Source: an uncultured Leptospirales bacterium
GTDB lineage: Bacteria > Spirochaetota > UBA4802 > UBA5550
DNA length: 64,000 nucleotides
Direction: 5' to 3'
NCBI GenBank assembly: GCA_964529965.1
Contig: CAZHAD010000001.1
Coordinates: forward strand, 22,545-86,544
How positions within the stretch are numbered: position 1 is the stretch's first letter; each line of letters begins with the position of its first letter. A program made the translations under genes and the position numbers. Shown here in pieces: positions 21,155-30,875 of the stretch. Below the pieces are notes generated by a model. The model was not told where the DNA came from, did no database searches, and saw only the letters and a program-made list of their open reading frames with translations.

Positions 21155-23128
21155 ATGAAAAAATTAGAGAGAAAAGACTTCTTGAAAATAGGCGGCGGCG
21201 CCATAGCCGGCGGACTTTCAGGATATGTTTTTTCAGGCGCTCCGTTTCAGAGCCTCCAGTGGCTCGTTGAGTTGACCCAGGATCAATACGCCCCGCCCGG
21301 AGGCAAGGAAGTGTATTTAAGTGCCGTGTACCCGGGAACCCGTTCCGAATGCAATCTGTCTGTCAGAATGATCGGCGATCGCGCGGTCAAGATAGATACC
21401 GCAAACAGCGGCGGCCCTTTTATACAGAACGCCCTGCAGCTCCTGTACCATCCCGAGAGGATCGACGCTCCTCTCAAACGAATCAGCGGGAAGGGGACTG
21501 TCAAGCCCTCCGCTTTTGAGAAGGTAGGTTGGGATGCCGCGTTAAACGATATAGCCTCCAGAATGAACGGTCTTGTAAGCGGCGGGAAGGGGAGCCTCGT
21601 CGCAGGCATCAGCAAGGAGCCCGGGATTTCAGCCGCGCTATTGGACAGGCTTATCAGGTCGGCCGGAAGCAGGAATGGATACTATGAGCCGACGCTACAT
21701 ACACTCTCAAGCGCCGCGCTTGGGGGATATATTGATTATGATTTCATGAACTCCGATTTTATATTAAGCTTCGGTGCCCGCCTCCTGGAAGGATGGGGCG
21801 ACCCATGCTACATGAACAACGCATTTGTGGAATGGAAAAAGAGGGGGGCCAGGCTCGTACATGCGGACGCGGTTCGTACCAGAACCGGGTCCATGGCCGA
21901 CCAGTGGCTCAGCATTAAGCCGGGCACCGAGCTGTTTCTTGCGCTGGGCATAGCCAACTATCTTTACCGCGCGAAGGGCAAGACCACCGGTAGCGCCGAC
22001 TGGGCCGCGGTGGTGAATGAATATCCCGCCGACAAGGTCGCTCAAATAACCGGACTCACGGTCAAGAAGATTGAAGATACGGCGGAGGCTTTTTCCCGTG
22101 CGAGAAATCCGATTGCGGTTCCCGGTCGCGGCGGGATGGAGGTATCTTCTTCTTCCGCCGAAATCATGGCGGTGCACACGCTCAACACCATGGTGGGAAC
22201 CCGCGTTGCGGGATTGAGGGGGATCCGGGGGCTTGGGGAACCGGTCCTGTCCGCGGAGGTGCGCGGGTCTTTGATCAAGGCAAAGAAATTCACCGGCCTC
22301 GACGATTTCATTAAAAACGGAAATTTTGAGATGTTGTTCGTGAATGAGGCGGATCCCGTTTACCGCAGCGCGTACGGCGATGCATTGGCCGGGAAAATGG
22401 AGAAGTCATTCGTCGTCGCGATCATGCCTCTGTTGAACGACACCGCATTGTATGCGGATTATATATTCCCTTCCATTATATTTTTCGAAAAGGATATCGG
22501 CACGGTCAAGGCACCGTTTCATCCTTATATGAAGTCCAGGAATTCTGCTGATATGATCATTGAATTGGCGAGGAGGGTGGAAGTGATCAAGGGGAATTTC
22601 CCATGGTCTGGCTACCGCGAGCTTGCCGGTGGAACAGGGGGCGCTGCAGCGGGCGCGGGCTATCTCAATTATAACGCGAAGATACTTAAAGACGAGATTG
22701 CTTCGATTACAAAGCGCTTGAAGCCTTCAGAGGAATTTCCTTTATCCCTTGTCCCGGTTGAGCTGACCTTCGTGGGGGATGGTGAGGGAATGGCCTATCC
22801 CTATGTTCTCAAGACTATCGATGACAAGACATTCTCTCGAGGAAAGCTATGGGTGCGGATCAACAGGGACACGGCCCGCAGATACGGGGTTTCCGAGGGC
22901 GAGCGCATAGACATAGAATCTCCACGGGGCAAGCTCGGCAGCGTACGCGCACTCCTTACCGACACGGTTCCTCCCGATACGATCGCGATTCCCATGGGAT
23001 TCGGTCATAAGGCATACACCAAATATGCGAAAAACAAGGGAGTGAACCCCAAGGGGATCATGGCGAATGACATCGATCCCCTGACCGGGACCGCCAACTG
23101 GTGGCTTACCAGGGTCAAAATCAGTTAA
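21155..23128 (+). CDS. Molybdopterin-oxidoreductase-family subunit, predicted non-catalytic (QrcB/ActB1-like)
   Basis: Tat-like signal (KDFLKIGGGAIAGGLS). No Cys-rich FS0 [4Fe-4S] motif near the N-terminus (single Cys in SECNLS). Conserved HPERIDAPLKR. RBS ggagag before the ATG at 21155; the ORF-track start at 21140 sits inside that RBS. Confidence 0.75.
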   Translation: MKKLERKDFLKIGGGAIAGGLSGYVFSGAPFQSLQWLVELTQDQYAPPGGKEVYLSAVYPGTRSECNLSVRMIGDRAVKIDTANSGGPFIQNALQLLYHPERIDAPLKRISGKGTVKPSAFEKVGWDAALNDIASRMNGLVSGGKGSLVAGISKEPGISAALLDRLIRSAGSRNGYYEPTLHTLSSAALGGYIDYDFMNSDFILSFGARLLEGWGDPCYMNNAFVEWKKRGARLVHADAVRTRTGSMADQWLSIKPGTELFLALGIANYLYRAKGKTTGSADWAAVVNEYPADKVAQITGLTVKKIEDTAEAFSRARNPIAVPGRGGMEVSSSSAEIMAVHTLNTMVGTRVAGLRGIRGLGEPVLSAEVRGSLIKAKKFTGLDDFIKNGNFEMLFVNEADPVYRSAYGDALAGKMEKSFVVAIMPLLNDTALYADYIFPSIIFFEKDIGTVKAPFHPYMKSRNSADMIIELARRVEVIKGNFPWSGYRELAGGTGGAAAGAGYLNYNAKILKDEIASITKRLKPSEEFPLSLVPVELTFVGDGEGMAYPYVLKTIDDKTFSRGKLWVRINRDTARRYGVSEGERIDIESPRGKLGSVRALLTDTVPPDTIAIPMGFGHKAYTKYAKNKGVNPKGIMANDIDPLTGTANWWLTRVKIS

Positions 23129-23143
23129 GAGGTTGATGCAAAT

Positions 23144-23947
23144 ATGGAAATGAAAAGAAAATGGGGAATGGTGATAGACTTGGACAGGTGCACCGGCTGC
23201 GGCGCCTGCGCCCTTGCATGCGCTCAGGAAAACAACATGCCGATTTTCGAGGATGACTCGGACTTTCCGAAAAGGGTTGTATTTCTCGATTTGATGAAGG
23301 TCACCAATGACCGTGATGCGAAATACCCGGACGTAGATGTGTGCTACATACCGAAGATGTGTCAGCAGTGCGAGGGGAACGACCCGAAAAACCCCCGGCC
23401 GCCGTGTGTGTCCGTATGCCCGGTCGTGGCGACCGATGTCGGCGACGACGGCGTCGTGAGCCAGGTATGGTCCAGGTGCATTGGATGCAGGTATTGCCAA
23501 GCGTCATGCCCGTATGACGCCAGGACCTTCAACTGGTGGAAGCCGAGATATGAGTCCTCATTTAAAAATTCTCTGAATCCGGACGTGTCCGTGGCTTCGC
23601 GGGGGACCGTGGTCAAATGCCAGTTCTGCACGCACATTTGGAAGCGCGAGCGCGACAAGGCCGTCGCCAGGGGTGAGCTCGACATCAATGCCGTGACCTA
23701 CACCCCGGCCTGTGTCGCCGCATGCCCCACCAGCGCCATGCTTTTCGGCGACCTGAACGACCCTAAATCAGAATTGAATCAGATGCTTAAAAGGGAAAAG
23801 GGAAGAAAATTCAGGCTTGTGCATACCATAGATCAAAAAAGCGAGAAGAGGCAGGAAGAGCTGAAGCGGATTAAGAATTATCCGAACCCGAAGGTGTATT
23901 ATCTTTCGAGCAAGGCCTGGATCAAGGAGATGATGAAGTTTAAATAA
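23144..23947 (+). CDS. Four-cluster 4Fe-4S ferredoxin subunit (QrcC/PsrB/HybA-like)
   Basis: Cys cluster motifs CTGCGACALAC, CQQCEG...CVSVCP, CIGCRYCQASCP and CQFC...CVAACP. Confidence 0.8.
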   Translation: MEMKRKWGMVIDLDRCTGCGACALACAQENNMPIFEDDSDFPKRVVFLDLMKVTNDRDAKYPDVDVCYIPKMCQQCEGNDPKNPRPPCVSVCPVVATDVGDDGVVSQVWSRCIGCRYCQASCPYDARTFNWWKPRYESSFKNSLNPDVSVASRGTVVKCQFCTHIWKRERDKAVARGELDINAVTYTPACVAACPTSAMLFGDLNDPKSELNQMLKREKGRKFRLVHTIDQKSEKRQEELKRIKNYPNPKVYYLSSKAWIKEMMKFK

Positions 23948-23958
23948 GGAGAACACTC

Positions 23959-25212
23959 GTGGGCACTTTCATCGATAAAATAAAAGAAGAGTTCAACGGC
24001 TATTCAAAGAGCGTGAAGATCGCGCTTTACATCATGTTTTTCCTGACCGCCGGTTTTATCGTCTTCGGCATTCAGATCCTGTTCTGGGGCCTGGGCTACA
24101 CTGACATGAGCAACAATTATCCATTCGGCCAGTGGATCATCGGGGACCTCGGGCTCGTGGCGCTGGGCGGCGGCGCATTTTCCTTCGGTTTTATCCTGTA
24201 TATATTCAGGAACGACAAGCTTGCGCCGATTATAAATTCCACGGTGCTCCTCGGCTTCCTCTGCTATCTTTTCACCTTTGTATATCTTGTATTTGACATC
24301 GGCCAGCCGCTGCGCGCGTGGTTCGGATACACCTATCCCAACTGGGGTCCTCATCTTATGCCTGCTTCCATGCTCACCGAGGTGGTCTGGTGTCTGACGT
24401 TATATTTCATGATCCTTTGCGTCGAGCTCATACCGGTCGTATTAAAGCATAAAGTGCTGGATGCGATACCCGCCCTTCGTTATATAGGGCACTATCTGCA
24501 CAGAATCATGTGGATATTCGCGGCAGCCGGTACTTTCCTTTCCATTTTCCATCAGGGCTCGCTCGGAGGTGGCATGTGGGGAGTCATGTATGCCAAGCCG
24601 GAATGGTTCAGGCCCGACTTTTTTTACCTGGCGATCGTGGCGGCGATCGCGGGCGGCACTTCGTTCATGGCTTTGTGCGCGTATATGGCGGGTAAGGTCA
24701 TGAAGAAAGAGGTCGTGCCTGCCGGGACCTTTTATACCATCGCGAAGATATCGGGGATTATGATGCTGGCATACCTGGCGTTCAGGATTTACGACCTCAT
24801 CGTAAGGGCCATGGTCTATATTCCGGCTTTCGATCGGAAATTTATCAACCTTTTAAGCCCCTATTACGGGTGGTTATATTTTCTTGAGCTTATCCTTGCG
24901 GTAATCGCGATCGTTATGCTCCTGGTGAAGAGATACCGTGAACAGGAGAGATTTTTCCTCACTGGGGTGGCCAGCGGGACCCTAGCCATAACCGTGAGCA
25001 AATTGAGCGTGGTGTTGAACGGTTCGGCAGTCACCAATTTCCCGTGGAAGCAGTTTTATGCGTATAATCCGACAATCCAGGAATGGTTCATCATGCTGGG
25101 AGGGCTTTCAATTATGGTTTTGATATACATGTGGTGCGCGAAGTACCTGCCGCTTTTCCCGCACGCGGCGAAGCATCAAGCGGCGGAAGCTGATACTCCT
25201 GCATCTCACTAG
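23959..25212 (+). CDS. NrfD/PsrC-family polytopic membrane quinone-interacting subunit (QrcD/ActC-like)
   Basis: About 9-10 predicted TM helices in 417 aa. GTG start after AAGGAG. Immediately follows the FeS subunit. Confidence 0.75.
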   Translation: MGTFIDKIKEEFNGYSKSVKIALYIMFFLTAGFIVFGIQILFWGLGYTDMSNNYPFGQWIIGDLGLVALGGGAFSFGFILYIFRNDKLAPIINSTVLLGFLCYLFTFVYLVFDIGQPLRAWFGYTYPNWGPHLMPASMLTEVVWCLTLYFMILCVELIPVVLKHKVLDAIPALRYIGHYLHRIMWIFAAAGTFLSIFHQGSLGGGMWGVMYAKPEWFRPDFFYLAIVAAIAGGTSFMALCAYMAGKVMKKEVVPAGTFYTIAKISGIMMLAYLAFRIYDLIVRAMVYIPAFDRKFINLLSPYYGWLYFLELILAVIAIVMLLVKRYREQERFFLTGVASGTLAITVSKLSVVLNGSAVTNFPWKQFYAYNPTIQEWFIMLGGLSIMVLIYMWCAKYLPLFPHAAKHQAAEADTPASH

Positions 25213-25249
25213 ATTCATTTTAGACATGTGATGATTTCGGCATTATCAC

Positions 25250-25271
25250 GGAAGCCCCCTATGGGGCTTCC
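25250..25271. terminator. Hairpin between convergent genes (end of the redox operon and end of the radical SAM gene)
   Basis: Perfect 9-bp stem GGAAGCCCC-ctat-GGGGCTTCC. Followed by GATTATTG on the + strand. Confidence 0.5.
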
Positions 25272-25273
25272 GA

Positions 25274-26287
25274 TTATTGTATGATTCCGAGATCATACCC
25301 GCACGTTGAGCATTTACCGTCTTTCAAATTAATGAGCTTTGTGAGGTAGCCGCTTCTGCTGACAGCGGTGGATTTGCATGATGGGCATATTGTATCGTGG
25401 CCGGTTTTTCCTAAAGGAATGTTGCCGCAGTACACGAAGTTCAATTTTTTCCCCGCCTCCTCGTGTACCTTCATGAGGAACCCGATGTCGGTGGCGTCTC
25501 GATCATACTTATAATTCGGATAATACCGCGATACGTGCCAGGGGATGTTCTTGTCAACCGATGCGATAAAATCAATGATGTCCCGCATCTCGTCCATGTC
25601 GTCGTTGATCCCGGTGACCACCAGGGTCGTAATCTCGATATGACACCCTCCTGCATGAGCGGCATCAATGGTCTTGAGCACGTCGGTGAGGCGTGCCTTC
25701 TGAACTTTCACCATAGTGTTCTCCCTGAAGCTTTTCAGGTCTATGTTCATTGCGTCGATGACTTCCAGAAGCCTTAATAAAGGCTCTTGATTGATGAAGC
25801 CATTGGTCACCATGACGTTTTTAAGCCCTTGTTCCCTGGCGAGGAGAGAGGTATCGAGGACGTATTCGAACCATATGATGGGCTCGGAATAGGTGTAGGC
25901 GATACCTATCGGATTTTCATGAACTGCGGCCCGAACTATATCTTCTTTTGAATAATAGGTGGTTTGTGCGGTCCTGTCCTGGGATATGTGCCAATTCTGG
26001 CAGTAGGGACATTTCATATTGCATCCCTTCGTCCCGATGGATAGAATACGTGTTCCGGGATAAAAATGATACAGGGGCTTTTTTTCTATGGGATCCATTG
26101 CCACTGAGGTTAGCCGCCCGTATATCTCTGAATAGAGCGTGCCGCCTTTATTCTTACGCACCCCGCAGACTCCGTATTTTTCTTTGCGGATAACGCAGTT
26201 ATGAGGGCAAAGCACGCATTGGATGTTTCCCCCCTCCCGCTTCTCATAAAAGGCGGCTTCATGACCGTTTGTGGTGGATGGATCCAT
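25274..26287 (-). CDS. amrS: Radical SAM enzyme of the AmmeMemoRadiSam (AmrS) family
   Basis: N-terminus FYEKREGGNIQCVLCPHNCVIRKEKYGVCGVRKNKGG.LYS. DPIEKKPLYHFYPG. CxxxCxxC (CNMKCPYCQN). Confidence 0.7.
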   Translation of the reverse strand: MDPSTTNGHEAAFYEKREGGNIQCVLCPHNCVIRKEKYGVCGVRKNKGGTLYSEIYGRLTSVAMDPIEKKPLYHFYPGTRILSIGTKGCNMKCPYCQNWHISQDRTAQTTYYSKEDIVRAAVHENPIGIAYTYSEPIIWFEYVLDTSLLAREQGLKNVMVTNGFINQEPLLRLLEVIDAMNIDLKSFRENTMVKVQKARLTDVLKTIDAAHAGGCHIEITTLVVTGINDDMDEMRDIIDFIASVDKNIPWHVSRYYPNYKYDRDATDIGFLMKVHEEAGKKLNFVYCGNIPLGKTGHDTICPSCKSTAVSRSGYLTKLINLKDGKCSTCGYDLGIIQ

Positions 26288-26288
26288 A

Positions 26289-26735
26289 TTATGATTGCGT
26301 GGCCTCGGCCATTTCCGTTTCTTTCGTGCTTTCTTTGTTTTCTGACTCCCTGCCGGTTTTTTTCGGGTCGCTTTTTATCATCTCGCATTTTCCCTCAAAC
26401 ACTACGCCATCGGCAATCTGAAGCTTAGCCGTTACGATATTGCCGTAGAGTTTCCCGCTCGAATGAATTTCCAGGCGTGATGAGGCTTCAATATTTCCAT
26501 AAACGGTTCCCATTACGATGACCGTCTTTGCCTTAATGTTGGCCTTCACCACCGCACCTTCGCCGATCACCAGGAAGCCGCCTGAAACGATCTCCCCCTC
26601 GAAATATCCGTTGATCTGAAGCGATTTTCTGAAAGTCAGATCACCGTAGAACTCCGTGTCTTTGCTGAAAAGGGTCGAAATCATGCCGATGTCATACACA
26701 GGATTCTTGTTTATCTCAATTACCTTTTTGGTCAT
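26289..26735 (-). CDS. Bactofilin (start at the first ATG; the ORF-track TTG extension is not used)
   Basis: Beta-helical repeat pattern typical of bactofilin/DUF583 (GEIVSGGFLVIGEGAVVKANIKAKTVIVMGTVYGNIEAS.RLEIHSSGKLYGNIVTAKLQIADG), with a K/E-rich tail. Confidence 0.75.
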   Translation of the reverse strand: MTKKVIEINKNPVYDIGMISTLFSKDTEFYGDLTFRKSLQINGYFEGEIVSGGFLVIGEGAVVKANIKAKTVIVMGTVYGNIEASSRLEIHSSGKLYGNIVTAKLQIADGVVFEGKCEMIKSDPKKTGRESENKESTKETEMAEATQS

Positions 26736-26764
26736 TTCGCTGATGTACCACCTGCTTGGATGTA

Positions 26765-26986
26765 TTATTTTGTAGTCATGACAAACACGCCGTCCCAATC
26801 GTCCGGCGGCGGGTTTTGCTCGTATTCACGCGATCTCTTCAGATACAGATCTGAAGGCCCGTCGTTTGGCTCGATTTCCAGGGCCTTTTCAAAAGCGAGT
26901 ATCGCATCTGCCCATCTCCTTTGTCTGTATGCGGTCAGGCCCAGGTTGTAATGTTTCAACAGATTTTCTTTATTTTTGGTGATCAT
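26765..26986 (-). CDS. Small TPR-like protein
   Basis: 73 aa. One TPR-like unit (YNLGLTAYRQRRWADAILAFEKALEIEPND), then a PPPDDWDGVFVMTTK tail. Confidence 0.35.
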   Translation of the reverse strand: MITKNKENLLKHYNLGLTAYRQRRWADAILAFEKALEIEPNDGPSDLYLKRSREYEQNPPPDDWDGVFVMTTK

Positions 26987-27145
26987 AACGGCTGCCTAAC
27001 AACACACGTCAATTTTTACTATCAAAATATAAATAATTTATTAAAATAATACAAGTTTTTTTGTCACTCAATAATTCTCCATACGGGGAAGTGATCGGCC
27101 TATTTGCGGTGAGTCAAAGCATTTTTGCAACATCCCTTGACGCTT

Positions 27146-28156
27146 TTAATATTTTCTGTTCAGCAGAAAATCAGAAAGCTTCAGCAAAATATTCCTGAAT
27201 TGTGATTCCGGGAATTTTTTCATTATGGAAAGGGCCTTGTCGATATAGGCCCCGGCGAAATTGATCGCATGATCGATCGCTCCGGAATCCACCAGTCGCT
27301 TTTTTATCATCATCCAATCCGACGTATTCGGGTTTGATGAATATCTTTTAAGCATAAGCAAATCATTTTTATCGCCCTGCTCGATAAGATATATGAATGG
27401 GAGCGTTATCTTGCCGTCTTTGAAGTCGCTTCCCACATCCTTGCCGATATCGGAGGAATTCTGGATGACATCAAAGGTATCGTCGATTATCTGAAAAGCG
27501 TATCCAAGATTCAGACCGAACGTATATAATTCCGCGCATACCTCTAAGGCCATGTCCGCCTTCGTCCCTCCAATCTTTGCACAGGTGCCCATAAACCTGG
27601 CGGTTTTCAGCTCGACGATGGACAAATAGTGCTGCCTATTCACGTTCTCAATTTCCGAATACTGTATCTGGTACAATTCTCCCATAACCATGTCCTTTGT
27701 GCCTGCGACAATTAAAGGGAATATCGCGGGATTTCCGTCCTGGAGCGCAATATTGAGCGCCGTGGAATACATGAAGTCACCCACGAGAACTGATACCTTA
27801 TAGCCCCATTTTTGCGGAACGGTTATGTTTCCTCTTCTGATCATCGACTGGTCGATGATGTCGTCATGGATGAGTGATGCAGCGTGAACGATTTCCGTTG
27901 CGGCGGCAAGCTCGATGATGCCGTCGGGAATTCTGTTGTTTAGTCCGCTTGCGAGAATTACCAGAGCGGCTCGTATCCGCTTCCCGCCGCTTGAAAACAA
28001 GTGCATTGCGCTTTGGTCTATGATCGGAATGCCGGACGTCATTCTCTTCTTTATTTCCTTTTCAACCAGTATGAGATGATCGTTCAGCGGCTCCAGAATT
28101 TTTTTCAAGCTATGTTGCATGCCATGAGCCGCGGTCAGTCGAATGTCGACAAGCAT
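27146..28156 (-). CDS. Polyprenyl diphosphate synthase (IspB-like, long-chain type). An alternative start at 28120 would remove the overlap with the STAS gene.
   Basis: DDxxD motifs LIHDDIIDQS and FQIIDDTFD. Polyprenyl synthetase fold over about 320 aa. Confidence 0.8.
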   Translation of the reverse strand: MLVDIRLTAAHGMQHSLKKILEPLNDHLILVEKEIKKRMTSGIPIIDQSAMHLFSSGGKRIRAALVILASGLNNRIPDGIIELAAATEIVHAASLIHDDIIDQSMIRRGNITVPQKWGYKVSVLVGDFMYSTALNIALQDGNPAIFPLIVAGTKDMVMGELYQIQYSEIENVNRQHYLSIVELKTARFMGTCAKIGGTKADMALEVCAELYTFGLNLGYAFQIIDDTFDVIQNSSDIGKDVGSDFKDGKITLPFIYLIEQGDKNDLLMLKRYSSNPNTSDWMMIKKRLVDSGAIDHAINFAGAYIDKALSIMKKFPESQFRNILLKLSDFLLNRKY

Positions 28157-28464
28157 TCACGCTGGGATTCGTATATTTCAAATACTTTATCAAGCATTGT
28201 CGTCTCAAAAAGTCTGAGCAGATTATCATTCACTATGACAAGCTTGATATCTCCTTCATTATCTTTGATCTTGCGCTTTATGGCGACCAGCACTCCTAGA
28301 GCAGAGCTACATATATGTTTAACATCGACCATGTCAATGCAGATGTTATGCCTTCCGTTTTCAATACAATCCTGCAGAACTGCTTCAAGTTCTTCTGAAC
28401 CATCCTGGTCAATTCGACCATCTAAAACAAGAATCTCAACTCCATCAGTTGATTTTCTTTTCAT
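28135..28464 (-). CDS. STAS-domain protein (anti-sigma factor antagonist family)
   Basis: SpoIIAA-like pattern with conserved Ser in CSSALGVLV. 109 aa. GC is lower than in neighbouring genes. Confidence 0.7.
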   Translation of the reverse strand: MKRKSTDGVEILVLDGRIDQDGSEELEAVLQDCIENGRHNICIDMVDVKHICSSALGVLVAIKRKIKDNEGDIKLVIVNDNLLRLFETTMLDKVFEIYESQRECLSTFD

Positions 28465-28557
28465 ATCAGTTCTCCGTTTAGTATGGGTAAAATCAAACGT
28501 GAATCCGATTCACATGTGCCCTTGCATTTTCATACCTATATCGATATTACTCGCAGG

Positions 28558-29298
28558 TCAATAATTATATTGGTCAGGGCTAGCATTTTTGACAAAATTT
28601 GGGCTCCCGTAAATTATATTCGAGCGGGCGATGGTTATGGAAAACACATCATAAGCGCCTGCTTCCCGCAGCACACGGGCACATTCATTTATGGTTGCGC
28701 CTGTTGTGAAAATGTCATCGATTATCAATATCGTTTTGTTTCTGATGATCATATTATTTTTAGCATGATACCGGTTAATCACATTAATGAATCGGTGCCT
28801 CAGGTCCAATTCACGCTGGGTTTCGGTTTTACGTTTTTCTTTGAGAAGGGTATGGAATGGTATTCCTGACTTTACCGCGACATGTTTCGCGATCAGTTCA
28901 GATTGATTGAACCCTCTTTTCCATTTCTTATGCGCATTCATGGGAACACAGGTTATCATGTCGGCCCCCATATTATGCTGGACCATTTCTTTTAAAACCA
29001 TGCGGGCTATGGGTATATGGATCCGCCGCATGCCTTTGAATTTCAAATTGTGTAGCAGCCCTTTCATGATGCCGTCGTACTCGGCAATAGTGATATTTTT
29101 CGATAAATAGAACGCCCGCTCACGGCAGATTCTGCATCGGCCTTTGGATAAGGAACCGGAGCATACCGGGCAGCCGCTTTGTATTAAGACGATTTTATCC
29201 GCGCAATTTCCGCATACGTTATATTGGGCGCAGCTTACGGCCTTGCCGCATATTGCACAGCGGCCGGGGAATAATACATCTGTAATTATGCGGAACAT
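28558..29298 (-). CDS. comF: ComF-family protein (phosphoribosyltransferase domain)
   Basis: N-terminal Cys pairs (CAICGK...CGNC...CPVCS...CRIC). C-terminal PRTase motif IIDDIFTTGAT. Confidence 0.8.
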   Translation of the reverse strand: MFRIITDVLFPGRCAICGKAVSCAQYNVCGNCADKIVLIQSGCPVCSGSLSKGRCRICRERAFYLSKNITIAEYDGIMKGLLHNLKFKGMRRIHIPIARMVLKEMVQHNMGADMITCVPMNAHKKWKRGFNQSELIAKHVAVKSGIPFHTLLKEKRKTETQRELDLRHRFINVINRYHAKNNMIIRNKTILIIDDIFTTGATINECARVLREAGAYDVFSITIARSNIIYGSPNFVKNASPDQYNY

Positions 29299-29985
29299 TT
29301 AACGATTCTGATATATTGTGGGATCCGGAACGCCCGCTTCAATAAAGCCTCTTTTGCGGATACGACAGCTGTCGCATAAGCCGCATGCCAGTCCATCCGG
29401 TCCGGGGTCATAACAACTGTGGGTGAGTGAATAATCGACGCCCAGGGAGATTCCTTTTTGTATGATCAAAGCCTTGCTTAAATTTATGAGCGGTGTTTCA
29501 ATTCTGATCCTTTCCCCGCTGATACCGGATTTGGTTCCAACGTCAGCAATAAGCTGGAAGGCCTTGAAGAATTCAGGCCTACAATCAGGATATCCACTGA
29601 AATCCACAGCGGTTGCCCCGATGAATATGGATTCGGCGCCGATAGATTCTGCGTAAGCCAAGGCATAAGAAAGAAAGATAATATTGCGGGCGGGCACGTA
29701 GGTGTTTGGAATTTCACGGTCGCTTGATTTACCGTTTTTCTGGATTGCATGCGCTTTGTTCGTCAGGGCCGACTTGAATATATCGGTGGGAATTTTGATA
29801 ATACGATATCCCTTAATGCCGAAAAACCTTGAGAGGCGTTTGGCAGATTCAATCTCTATATGGTGTCGTTGTCCGTAACTGAAGATCAGCGCGTGAAGAT
29901 CAAACCCGTCCTTTATGGCGATCGCCGCAACCGTGGCCGAATCGATTCCCCCGCTTAGCAGGATTACCGCTTTTTTTGTTTCCAT
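29299..29985 (-). CDS. queC: 7-cyano-7-deazaguanine synthase
   Basis: LLSGGIDS PP-loop. C-terminal zinc cluster CYDPG..GLACGLCDSCRIR. Confidence 0.9.
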   Translation of the reverse strand: METKKAVILLSGGIDSATVAAIAIKDGFDLHALIFSYGQRHHIEIESAKRLSRFFGIKGYRIIKIPTDIFKSALTNKAHAIQKNGKSSDREIPNTYVPARNIIFLSYALAYAESIGAESIFIGATAVDFSGYPDCRPEFFKAFQLIADVGTKSGISGERIRIETPLINLSKALIIQKGISLGVDYSLTHSCYDPGPDGLACGLCDSCRIRKRGFIEAGVPDPTIYQNR

Positions 29986-30327
29986 ATGTTTATATTATAA
30001 TATACGAGTGGGTGTGAATATTTTTAAAAAATTTTTATACCATCATTTTTTTTAAAAACAATTTATTCTTCCTTTCATGTCATATCGTAATTCGTCAAAT
30101 AGATTTTTGCAATATTGCAATCCTTTCTCGGAAGTATCATATAAGGATACTTCTAAAATTTTTTTAATTGTTTCCTTTTGAAGCACATTCATGATTCGCA
30201 TTTTCAATAGTAAACTGCTTTTTCCCCGAAGCCAAATATGAATAGGAAAGGATAACGTGGATCAGAAAAAAAACTTCACCAAGTGGTTTCTGTTCGGAGA
30301 TCGCCACGTGAAGATGGCCTTTCCATC

Positions 30328-30627
30328 TTAACTTATATTGAAGAACGTGGAAATGTGAAGCATGTTGAATATTTTTTTTATAAAGGGAGAAAGATTTGTA
30401 AATGTCAGTTCCAGTCCTGATTCTTTCAGGAAATTGTTGTATTCGACAAACATTGCAATCGTCGTCGAATCCAGGACTTCAACTTTTTCAAGATTGATGA
30501 CGATGTTCTTGTGATACTTTTTTGCGGTTTCTTTTAACGTTCGTAGTATTTCCTGAGAATTATGAATATTCATCAACCGCATGCCAATAGTAACTACCGC
30601 AACATCATTTACATCAATTGAAATCAT
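30328..30627 (-). CDS. STAS-domain protein (anti-sigma factor antagonist family) inside an AT-rich island
   Basis: 99 aa with SpoIIAA-like beta-alpha pattern (VEVLDSTTIAMFV). Roughly 35% GC and flanked by AT-rich DNA. Confidence 0.6.
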   Translation of the reverse strand: MISIDVNDVAVVTIGMRLMNIHNSQEILRTLKETAKKYHKNIVINLEKVEVLDSTTIAMFVEYNNFLKESGLELTFTNLSPFIKKIFNMLHISTFFNIS

Positions 30628-30875
30628 TCATACCTCCTTGCAATATTTATGTAAAATATTGCAGAGCCAAAATCAACACATTTTTGAAATATGAACAAAA
30701 AATACCAGAGGTTATTATGAGAAATCATGGGTAAGTGTAAACGAGCCGATTTTATGTAGTTGAGGACCAAATAGATATTAAAGGATCATGTGACAGGCTA
30801 TTCTGTTTAGCACCTTTAATATTCCAATGAATTTTTTTTATTGAAAAATAGATGGCCGGTGGTTATGTGGTACCG

